Assembly (NCBI GenBank): GCA_973851085.1
Contig: OZ316775.1
Span: 11,036,001 to 11,100,000 of the forward strand
From: Ptychomitrium polyphyllum
Lineage: Eukaryota
DNA length: 64,000 bases
Reading direction: 5' to 3'
In this document: piece after piece, positions 19,327 through 30,494 of the stretch
Numbering within the stretch: position 1 is the stretch's first letter
Layout of the letters: each line of letters begins with the position of its first letter
Notes under the pieces: model-generated
The model's database searches: none
What the model was told of the DNA's origin: nothing
What the model saw: the letters and a program-made list of their open reading frames with translations, nothing else
Made by a program: the position numbers and the translations under genes

Positions 19327-19758
19327 GGCTGGCGTCCTCAGAGGATACGAGCGCACCCACACCCAACACAAGCGAGGTCTGGATGATCAGCTTCCGCTGC
19401 AAGGCTGCGAAGCTTGAGACGGCGATCAGGGGTGCAATGCGACGGTTTTGCTGAATTGGGGGGGCCTGACACCAGCGCAGCAATCGTAGTGCGCGAGGGA
19501 TGCGAAGATGGAGATGGCGGGCGTTGGCTTGCACTGGTCGCGTCCCCGCGATCGCGAGAGTGCTGCCCCTGCCGACGGACGTCCCCTGCTTCTCCCTTCT
19601 CGTCGCCCTCGCTCGTCGCTTCTCGTCGACGTCCTCGTCCTTCATCTGTCGTCTGTCGTCGCCGTCGCTCGTCCGCCGTCGCCGTCGCCGTCCGCGTCTT
19701 TCGCGTGCATAGCATCGTTGGGACTCCCCTTGGACTTCCTTGGACTAAGGTTCCCTTT

Positions 19759-19790
19759 GGGTCAACGGGTCAACGGATCAACGGGTCAAC
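19759..19790. repeat. Four tandem 8-bp units GGGTCAAC (one is GGATCAAC) upstream of the enolase gene
   Basis: Read directly: gggtcaac gggtcaac ggatcaac gggtcaac. Each perfect unit contains TTGACC on the minus strand. Confidence 0.85.
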
Positions 19791-19849
19791 AATTGGAAAT
19801 GGTGACTAAGACTAGGAGCAATCCTAGTAAATGAGCTTTGAAATGTTAT

Positions 19850-21600
19850 GGGCTTTGAAAATTAAGGAAAAGATGCGGTGTTTATTTGCACATTATAAAA
19901 ATGAATGGTATTGGAATTTTTGTAAAGATATTTAATGGATGTGGATTTTAAATGGATAACAACCTACATTCTTTTAAAATATTTTATATTATTGGTATTT
20001 TCTATTAAGGGATTTAAGGAATATATTTTATTATACAAAAAGTTATGCAAAATATTTAGTTTAGTATACTTTAGCACCATTAAATCTAAATGCTTAGATT
20101 TACTATATGGTTGGATCTAAATGATAGATTTGGCCTATAATTTTTTTATTAAAATTTGAAAAATAGACATTGAAATTGGATTTGCATTACATCTTCTTAA
20201 AACATCATAGTTTGTATAAATTCTATTGATTTTATAGATTTTATCTTATGGATTATTATTGTTCAAATAAAAAATCATTCTATGAAAAAAAAGTTTTTTT
20301 CAATAATATCCATTTCAAAACAATTGAATAATAAAATCAATGAACATTTGAATGCGTTTGTATTTATTAATAATTTTGATGCTATCTTATGGCTCTAAAT
20401 TCAAAGTGTAGTTTTCTATGAATACTTTGTAAATGTGGTTATATTGGAAATTAAATAAATATATTATAATTAAGATATGTGATTTATATTTTTGCATTAA
20501 TTATATTCATTATTTGATTTTATCATTTCAAATCTATAATTTAAGAATTGAGTATAAGTAAATAAATTATTTGAATGCAATTAGTGTGTATAATTCAAAT
20601 AACATTAGTTCAAAAATGTTATGAGATATTTTGTAAATGAACATCATTATAGTAAATGATGTTTTTGCAATTTGATTATAGTTGTGCAAAAAATTATTGG
20701 AATATTTGTGATGTAAGAATTTCCAAATACATGTTATTAATTGTTACAATTACTATAATTAATATTTTTATTGACAATATATTGTTGATATGATATTATA
20801 CTTAGTAGTTTTATTGTAAATAAGTATGAAATATAAAAGAATTGTCAAGGCTATTCTTTCATTTATTATATACACATTACTATCATTTATAGCCTTTTAT
20901 CAATTATATTACATTTATAAATAATATTATAACAAAACCTGTTTGCTTTGAATTTCTTTTCAATTATTGTCCATGAATATTTAATATGTGATTTAAATGC
21001 ATTTGAATGTAATGTTCGAGTGTCCAATGAATGTGGTCATGAATGTATTTGAAATTGACCTCTGACCATCTTAAAATATTTGTGTGGTTCAAAATGTATG
21101 TAGACTATTCAACATCCAGTCACTTTCAAATCCTTCAATCATCATTTGTACTATAATGGAATTGCATTTGAACTGCATGCATGATTGTACGATATGCAGT
21201 CACCTTATAATTGTTGTAGCCATAATTGTACCTAAGTTTTACATTGTATTCAAATTATTGTATGTTAGTTGTAATTTAAATATCAAGTAATTTTGATTAA
21301 TTAACAATTTTAAAAGTTAACAATAAGCATAATGGTTCTAAAGTACTGATTCTCCTCATGTAATTTACAAACTCTTGAATAGATATATCAAAATAGCCTC
21401 TTTTCCCTACAATTAGATTAGATCTCATTTCTAAAATATGTTATGTTGATTGAGAATGACAATTTTTAATATGAGGGTGGTCTTTAATACACTTACCTTA
21501 TATCATGCGTTTTCTCATACTTTTAAGCATAACTCCAATACCTCTGTGCAATCACCCCAATACCTGGCTTGTGTCAGTGAAAACTTACCACTCTCAAAAC
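19850..21600. other. AT-rich, CpG-poor intergenic block between divergent ENO3 and UBP25 promoters
   Basis: Abrupt switch from GC-rich promoter sequence to AT-rich sequence with almost no CG. No recognisable protein in its short ORFs. Confidence 0.7.
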
Positions 21601-22860
21601 TGTAAAAAAAGTATTTCAAAACAAGAATCCAAAGAAAATAAGTCCCATCATGAGGATCATCAATAAAACGGTACTGTCACAGCGTTACCCGCGACGAAGA
21701 TGGAATTCATGAATCCTAATATTAGTTAAACAGATTAATAAAAAGTAAAAAATAAAACCCCGCGGACTTGCTTTTTTCAAAATCTCCCTGCCGCGATCGC
21801 GCGTCGGCGCCAGGGCATCATGACTCCCACCCCCACGCACCCACCACACGACGCGCACGTGCGGCAACAGGACAAACTACGATTGCCCCGATGAGACGCC
21901 GCGCCGTGACGTGCCGCCCTGTTCCGGCACAGCATGCCCCTTCGCGTCAGCGGCCATCTGAGGATACAATGCAGCAAACCTCAGGGACGCCGCATCGCGC
22001 CGCGCGTACGCGCGACGGCCGTGACTACCGGCGGCGGCGGCTGCAAAGCTGCCGCAGCAGCGCCACTCCCACCACGACCGTCACGAAGAGGCCGCGACGA
22101 TGGCGAACTCTCTTTTCTGCTCCGGCTGGCACATGGATGCCTTGCATCGCAACCCGCAGACTGCACAGCACGAACATCAACACCAACATCACCACACCTC
22201 GGAATAAACCGCAACATCAACCACGCTGTCGAGGTAAAAAGTTCACACAAACTGTAGACTGCGCGGTAGTGCGGTGTGGGGTTGCGTTTGCGAACCTCTC
22301 GTTGCTAACTTTGCGTTTGCCTTGCCTTGCTTTCCTTCGCTTCCAGTTTTATATTCTATTATGGGCAACACCAGGCTTGCTCTGCCATGGGGGAGGAGAA
22401 TCAGCATGTGAGGAAGGAAAGTTAGGAAACAAGCACCAACACACATGACGCGGGGGTCTGACCTTGAAACTTGAATGTGGGTGGAGATGAGAGACAAGAG
22501 TGTTGTGCAGTGATGATGGGTGGTGATGATGGATGTCGTCCGTGCAGTGCAGCAGCCCCGCCATGTTCGGTGTGTTCATGTTGATGTCCGTCTTCGTTTC
22601 TCGCATGTGTGAGTGATTGGGCAACTTGTAACGTGTTGGGTGTCATCTCTCCTGCCACGCCGCCATTACTCCTGGGGAGGGAGGGAGGGAGCCGTTCTCC
22701 CGCTTCTTTTTGTTCCGAGGGAGGGGGAGTTCATTGGGTGCTCTGTATTTTTGGGTTGCCAGTTTTTCGTGGTTTTGTGGGGTTTGCTTTCTTTGGGGTC
22801 GGGAGGTCGTGTATAGGGGTAGGTGTGAGGGTGAAGTGAGAGAAGACACTTCGGCGGGAG

Positions 22861-22861
<1 letters not shown>

Positions 22862-22891
<30 letters not shown>
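22862..22891. repeat. (TG)15 microsatellite upstream of the UBP25 start codon
   Basis: Perfect TG dinucleotide run read directly. Confidence 0.95.
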
Positions 22892-22896
<5 letters not shown>

Positions 22897-23371
22897 CTGT
22901 GTTGGTTGACCTGGTTTTTGTTTTGGTGTTGGTTGGTTGCATGGGTGGAGGTTGTGTTCTTGGGATTGAGGCGTAGAGGGAGTTTAGGTTTTGTGTACAG
23001 TTGGAGTGGGGAAGAGGACTTCGGTTTGCGTGTGTGGGTTTTGAAGTGGGGGGAGGCGATCTGGAGTGGTGCAGGAGGCCAACCGAATGGAGACAGAGCA
23101 ATGATGTGCGGGGCGAGGGGAGAGGCGTTGGAATGATAGTGAGGTTTGGCTGAAGGGGGAGGACGTGGGGAGGGGTTCTGGCGTGCTGCGTTCAACAGGG
23201 GGTGGAGTTTGGTGGACCATGCACATGCGACTGCGGGTGAGTCCCGTGAATGGTTCTTCAGCGGCGGAGCACGTGACCGGGGTTATCTTGCCTGTTGCAG
23301 GGCCGGGCGATGCTACCCTTCTGTGTGGAGCCTCCTCGTGTGGGGCCTGAGAGTACCGAGGTGCACCACAC

Positions 23372-26300
23372 ATGGCTTGTCCGTCACTTCTGCCACCTCT
23401 CTATGTCACATGGCAGGCTGGCCCGGTGCCTCGACGAAAGGGGGCGCCTCTGGGTCTGAAGAATCTGGGAAACACATGCTACCTCAATAGTGTGTTGCAA
23501 TGTCTTACGTACACGCCTCCGCTGGCCAATTTTTGCGTCCTCAACCTTCATTCTAATCTCTGTACGTTACCTGTTCTCCTTGTTCCTTTTGTGCTTCAGT
23601 TTCTTTGTTTAGGATGTGTTTTGGTTCTGTGATGATTCGACTCTTAGAGAGAGTGGTATTAAACTGGTACGTGCAAGAACCTTTAACAGAAGAGTGTACG
23701 GGCTTTGCTGAGAGTGACCACCGCACTCACTCGGAGGGGTTCTTGCAGGTAATCAATTGAATGGAAAGAACAACAGTAATTGCCCCTTCTGCTTCTTGGA
23801 GAAACGGATTCAACGTTCTTTGACAATAGAGTGTGCTATTGATGCGCCCGTTAAAATTCACAATAGACTGCAGTACTTTGCAAAACATTTTCGAAATGGT
23901 CGCCAGGAGGATGCTCACGAGCTCCTTCGATATGCAATGGAAGCCTGCAATCATGTTTGTGTGCAGTTGCACAAAATTGTGTATGGGAGTAGAGTTTCTG
24001 TTAAGCAGGGAGCTGCAAAGGCATCCAAGGAGGAGCCAAATACGGTTGTGAAGGAGATTTTTGGAGGTCTTTTACAAAGCCAAGTTAAATGTCTCTCATG
24101 TAACACTGAGTCTAATAAGCTTGACGACATAATGGATCTCAGTCTTGATATTGTGCGGTTGGGCTCACTGAGCGAGGCCCTCTGCCGCTTCTTTCAACCG
24201 GAGGTGTTGGATGGTGACAACAAGTACCGCTGTGACCAGTACGTTCAAAGCACTACCTGACGTTTCTCTTTTCTCTTCCCAGAAATTTTTGGCTAGGAAT
24301 CTTTTCGAGTTAACAAAGCTTGTTTGGTTTTTCCAGTGTTATCTAAACTTATTGTTGCATGTGTGAGCGTTACTTTCCTATTCTAACCGTAGGATAGACC
24401 TCATGATGTGCATACGGGTAAAGTTAATTTAAACCAGATCCCTCTCTTTTTGTTCACTTGCAGGTGTAAGAAGCTTTCTCCTGCTCGTAAGCAAATGTCT
24501 GTGTATCGGGCACCCAACGTACTTGTCATTCAAATGAAGGTAAAACTCGAGACGTGTCTAAAGAATTCCCTATAATATATCTGCTGTACTAACACAGCGA
24601 TGCTACTCTTAGCGACAATTATAGAGCATGATCAGTGTTTGTGTATGCATTTACTAGTATTTGTTTAGTCTGTGTTAGATGAGTAAGTATGTATCTTCTT
24701 ATGTTCATATGTATTATACCATCTTGTACGACATCAGGATACAATATTTTTTTCGCTTGCAGAGATTTGAAAACATTTATGGAGGCAAGATAGACCGCCA
24801 TGTGCATTTCGAAGAGCGCTTGTGTCTTGCAGGCTACATGTGCAGGGCTGGCAAGGTATGTCTATTTGTTGATTATCTTTTCAGGTTGTGCTTTCTGTGT
24901 TTAGTACGGATGACATTGAGTACGGTAGTATCAATCAAAGAAAGTTAGGTGATTCACCATATCCCATGGCCATTGTAAGTCATTATCCTGGTTTCCTTCT
25001 CACAAGGTTGCTATACACATTCATTCAAATAGTTAAATTTTGAATTACTGTTTGAAAGGAAATGGTCGTGAGTTTTCTGTATCTGATATGGAGGCATGTG
25101 GTGGGCAGGATGCACGTCCGGAGTATTCTCTTTATGGCGTTGTTGTCCATTCAGGCTCCTCACAGGACTCTGGACACTATTATTCTTACGTCAAGGTATT
25201 TTTAAAATTTCATTAATTTAATTTGTTAAGAGGCTGGCAAAGTTTAGCAGCTGTGAGTGAAGATGTTAGACAAGTCGGAGTCAATGTTTACAATTCTAAT
25301 CTCTAATTTTGTTTTTCTCCCTTCAACTGTTGAAACTAAAACATATTTATATTGCTCGTGCATGTCATTTTAATATTGAAATGTATGTTTTTCCCCTTTG
25401 CGTTACTCATTGTTGTTTGATAAGACTTTAAACTTCACTTTCTATGCTCATTAGCCATATGATTTGTGACAGGAATCTGGCGGGAGATGGTATTGTTGTG
25501 ATGATGCCAGTGTCTCGCAAGTCAATGCCCAGACAGTTCTGGCAGAGAAGGCTTACATGCTGTTTTATGTCCGGACTACTCTCAGTCCGAAGATTCCGAA
25601 GGACATTTGTGGTGCTTCGATCACCCCACAGCCAACGTCTTCAGACACCCAACTTTCAACAACACTTTCTGGATCCACAGTTGGGCATAGCAACGGCACA
25701 AATGGCAGTTTTAATAGAGTTGTATCCAAGCCTCATTTGAAGTTTGGAAGCATAGCAGCGTTTAATGGACGTTCTACTTCTGTAGTTACTAACGGTGCTG
25801 AGCACTCTGTTAATGGGAAGTCAGAGACCAAAGTCCGACCTCACAATAGTGAGTCTCCAGAAAGCAATGGTCTTTCAGGAAGTGACCAGGTGTCGTCAGC
25901 GATGACAAAGCTTGAACCCATTGATATGCCAGTGTATGGACCCCAACCTCGACCGAGTCCTGGTACAAGTTTTACACAAGGTGTACGAGCTGCGATTTCA
26001 CGTTTACCTATATCATCAATATTAACAGATGGTCTTTCAGCTGTTTCTGGTCAGACCCAGGTCACAGTGAATGATCCTGTTGGAGATACTTCTGTTGCCA
26101 ACTTGAGGCAGAACCGTTTTTCTTCTGAAGAAACAAGCTCCTCTGTTTTGGTAAATTCTTACTCATTGTGTATAGTTTGCATCTTGGTCGTGAATCTTGG
26201 TTTTATTTAGTTGATAATGGTGCAAAATGCATTGCTGATTGCCAGTAGTTTTGGTGAGAACTAGGTATTGTAGTTACGGCGCAGGATTACTTTTGTTACG

Positions 26301-27388
26301 TTTGTTTGTGAGTCTGGTTTGGTGATGTTGTTAGAGTACTGGCAATAACCGGCGGCCTTAGTATTACAAGGAGAATGTAGTAACTTCGCATAGGTGCTTA
26401 CCCTTTGCTTCTTATCAACATTTGTGGCACAGGGAAACCACGGAATTAGAAACAGGAAACTCTTGTCAGACGAGCAGGACAAGGTTCTTCCAGAGGATAG
26501 GAAATCAGGCCAGAAGAGGCTGCGTGAAGAAGGTTGTGGCTCTTCGTCTGCAGCAGCTGATGTAAAAGGTGTTGGTACTTCAGGAGACGTGATTGAGAAG
26601 CCTTTTCCCTCAAATATGGAGCACGTGTCCGAGCTTGACAAGTTAAAAATGTTGTAAGTTATACATATTTTTTTGAAAAACATAACCTCCATTAATATCT
26701 TATGCTGTCACAGTTTTGGCACTACAGTTAAAGCTGGTTAATTATCGTTCCCTTCAACTCTAAGTAAGTAAGGAGTCGGTTGGAATCTACCGCTTCATGT
26801 TCAATCACGAGGTTTTATGTTGTGTTTGATCTCCTATTTTGATCAACAGATAATGATTCTTGTGGTTGTGTTAATTTTGTGAAACTGATGTCTGTTAACA
26901 GGCTTGCCAAGGAAGGTCGAGAACAGCTGCAACGATCTGGATGGTGTGAGAAGTTAAAAGAATCAATGCGGGCTGCCAAAAAACAACGTGGTGATCAAAT
27001 GAGTTCTAAAGAAATAGATAAGGCGATGATCAGGTACTTCTGACTCCTCATTTCATTGATGTCATTTCAGTTTTTGTAAAATAGTGTATTTGGTATTCGA
27101 AGTTCTGTGATTATCCTTCGAGGGTTATGTGTCATAAAGGCGTTGATATTGCAGAGTTTGATGGTATAGGCCGCTTGTGAGAGGATTATATAGTTGCAGG
27201 TATAGAAAGCGAACACATTGGCAAAGGAGCTCGAGGTAAGCCTTACCGATGTTATTTTTTGTCTCGTATCGTGCAGGAAACAATTGATTGTGGATGTTCG
27301 AGAAGATTTCAAACTTCAGGTTCCCAGAGCTTTGAAAGAGCACCTCGTGGGGCAGCTACGTACTTTTTTTATGCCTAAAGAGAGCTAG
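23372..27388 (+). CDS. UBP25: Ubiquitin-specific protease, UBP25-like (peptidase C19, USP36/42 group), multi-exon
   Basis: Cys box [32 protein letters not shown], then [23 protein letters not shown] and the His box [19 protein letters not shown], then [10 protein letters not shown] and AYMLFYVR. A Ser-rich linker follows. The last exons are 26902-27033 and 27277-27388, ending RTFFMPKES*. Confidence 0.9.
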
Positions 27389-28894
27389 ACGGTAATGTTC
27401 AGTTGCAACCTGATATATGCAAGTCGCTGCAGTATTGAGGGTTATATTTCAGCCACATTTAAGTTGTGTTCCTTGGGTTGTGACATTTTGCTCTGGAATT
27501 TATTGAGAAGATAAGGACTTGGTTGGTCTCTTGCGTTGTATTTTCGTTCGGTTATTTCACGCATCATGTGCATTCTTGCGCAATAGGTGGCTAGGGAGTT
27601 GTAGATTAACAACTGCAAAAGGGATGCTGAATCTTGTTTGGTTCTCCCCTCCTTATATCTGGGGCCTGGGCAGAGCCTTCTGGAGTAGCGGATGTAGTCA
27701 GATTCATTGAAGTGTAGCTGAGTTGAATTATCAATGAGATGAAAAAAATGTCACGAGGAGGGAATAAGGCTCTAACTCGTAGATGATGGGAGAGTGCTTG
27801 TAGAAATTGGCCCCTGTTTAAGAAATTTCAGTACATCTACATTTTGAAGTAGCTATTGTGTACAAAACGCCGGTGGGTGAGACAGTCAAACGCAGGCAAC
27901 TTCATAAACAGTTGAACCTGCTTTGGATTGATGACATTCTAAGAATTTACTTCAATCATTTTATTGACCGAGTCCCATTGTTGAGATGACATTGGTTGCA
28001 GGTTAGAAATTTTGTTCCATCGCACAGTTGAATTTGAGTATTCCTGGAGGATTTGTGCAGTCCACACTTTGGTGTATTGTAATCACTACTTTCTGACAAG
28101 TTACTAGTTAAGAACCAACCCGTCTTGGATAGGCAGAAGGTGTCTCGCCTAAATAGTATCTTGGATTTATTAGGAATAAATTACCTTGTCTTTGATGCTT
28201 GTTCTTCTGTGGGTCTGACTCCTGGATGTATAACGATTATTTATGTGCTTGGTGGTTTGTGCTGCCTCAAGACCAATATTTCAGCAAGGCAAATTGGGGA
28301 GTTGGGGCATGCCTTCGTTTGCCTCTGGAGTCAGGACATTCAATCTTCTGAGCGTAGGTCTTCAAAAGTTTTAGTTTTTCTAATCAGACACTTAATTCTG
28401 GCAGTACTGTTTGCAACGTCCAGTTTCAACACATTTATGTCGAATTATTACTTAAACTGGAAAAGTACGGTTCAAAATTTGAGAAAGATTCTAAAAATTG
28501 ATGACAGTATCTTCAAGGTTATATGTTCAAGGTGGCTATGGTATTCTAGGACGGTATGAGCGGCTTTTCCCATTTTTAGGTGATAAGTAACCTGAGTCAT
28601 TGCTAATATTTTGGATCTGAAGTTTTAAAAAGCAAATCATCCAATTTCTTCACTAAAACCACATTGTCACACTTACAATATAGTCACTCGATCTGATATT
28701 CTTCATGTATAAATTATATTCTGTGAAAAATATGGTGTGAACAACACTTTTGATGTTTGATTGACACCTTGTAACTTCTTGTTCAAGTGATGTGAATGAT
28801 GTGGAGATGGCAACGGACATTGACAGCAAACGAACTCTTCGTGGCTAAGTCCACAGTAGTGTACAGCAATGTTCTATCACGTTGTGGTCTCTGT

Positions 28895-30494
28895 TCATTT
28901 CTTATCACTTTTTTGCTTTGCCTTGTGTATAAGAAGTGCAGCAATTTGCTTCTTTGTGACTGCATTATGCTGTGCATTATGCTGTGTGTCTATGACACGT
29001 GAAGGCCTCTTTTGATTTGAGCCTGTTGGCTTGTGAAAACCTATGCGCCCCCAGTACAACATGCTGCCTACCAGCAGGCAACTTGTTGCCAATCCAAGTC
29101 CCCAGAATGTAAATGCACCTGATAGTTGGATACGTCTCCATGCGTATAGACACCATATGTAAGAATATTGGCTCATACAGGATACTACCTGTGTACTGTA
29201 CTTACTCTACACAACATTCTTCAGTGACCCCTCTAACACCTGTTATGCAAAGGAATCATTCCATGCCTCCATGCAATCACTCTCACATGCCCTTGTTATC
29301 ATTTACTATCAACTTCCCACTTTGAAGGTGAGGGTGTGTTGCTTTAACTCACAAAGAATGTTATGTAACTAAGTATCTAACATGACTTTTCAAGTCATTG
29401 AAACTTAGTACATCCATATTATTCCTTTTCTCACATGAATTCATATAAAAAAAGACCAATTTTATGGAAACTCTATCTCAAAAAAAAAAGGATTTTTACT
29501 AAACTTTCCACAAAATTTTAGAATTGCCAAATTTATTGAAAAAGTCCAAGTTTGGTAAGAACCTTGTTCATTATATTAAGCTAAGTGTAAATTTTTGTGG
29601 ACCTTCTATAAAATTGGTTCTCACATATGTGAAGCTATATGAAAAAGAATAATTTAGCTCTTTGTATAAAATAAAAGTGTTGTTTCTATCACTAGAAAGA
29701 AAGAAAGCAAAATTAAAAAAATCCAATACAAAGAAATTGACACTTTTTACATTAATAGGTGTAATATTAAAAATCATGGATTTTTTATATATATGTATAG
29801 TTCCATGTATATTATAATCAACTTGATTTTGAATTCTTTTCATTTATATTATAAAACCAACTTATTACCATAACTTTACTACAATCTTCAATGCTAAATC
29901 TTTCCAAACCTGAATATGCACGAGTATTAGTTGCACGCCGTGGATTGTAAGCATGAATGATTGTCCTAGATTCTCGAGTAGTAATGAGCTCGTAGGCATC
30001 TTTAATACGCAAAAATTCAATACTGCCTTTTGGATGTAAGTCTGGATGGCTATCTTTATTAATTAAAAATGCCAAGAATTAATGATCTTATTAATATAAT
30101 TATCTTGTATATAACATTATCACTATAATTTCCAAATACAAATAAATACCATATTTATATTCATTATTATGAAAATTATAGGCATTACTATTATTTGCAA
30201 AATTTCTAATATTAACTTTCATATAATGCAAATTTCAAAAAAGATAAACCATTTTAAAACTAATCGCCAATAAGCCGTCTTTATTTCACACAAACTTGCA
30301 TTGTTTTTCAATCCTAATGTTTGGTAGGCCGCACCAATAGCATCTTGGGCATAATTGCGTTGTTGTGTATATGCTGGAAAATATCTTATAAGGTGAGGAA
30401 GAGAAGGTAAATCTTGAAGGTTTAACTTATAATTTCCTTCCTTTTTTAACTTCCAATATCTTTTCATTAAAATAGTAATATGTTGAAAAGCCAT
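28895..30494 (-). CDS. Small J-domain (DnaJ type III) protein with a C-terminal hydrophobic segment, 3 exons
   Basis: Exons 30494-30250, 30049-29869 and 29188-28895 join in frame with GT-AG. They give AYQTLGLKNNASLCEIKTAYWRLVLKCHPDLHPKGSIEFLRIKDAYELIT (HPD motif), then SGAFTFWGLGLATSCLLVGSMLYWG (TM-like) and a basic tail. Confidence 0.8.

Noticed and set aside
19338..19834. Overlapping ORFs on both strands upstream of enolase
   Set aside because: They arise from GC-rich GTC/GCC repeat leader and promoter sequence that lacks stops; no protein family signal.
21768..22448. 226-aa plus-strand ORF
   Set aside because: Non-ATG start, low-complexity R/A/T/P content, located in a GC-rich promoter-like segment; no recognisable domain.
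26772..26796. GGAGTCGGTTGGAATCTACCGCTTC, resembling a tRNA T-arm
   Set aside because: Lacks the TTCGA loop, and no cloverleaf or acceptor stem can be built.
27200..27235. 36-nt in-frame candidate cassette exon in UBP25 (CAG|...|GTAAG)
   Set aside because: It would leave a 41-nt downstream intron, too short to be likely, and it interrupts the ENY2-like alignment.
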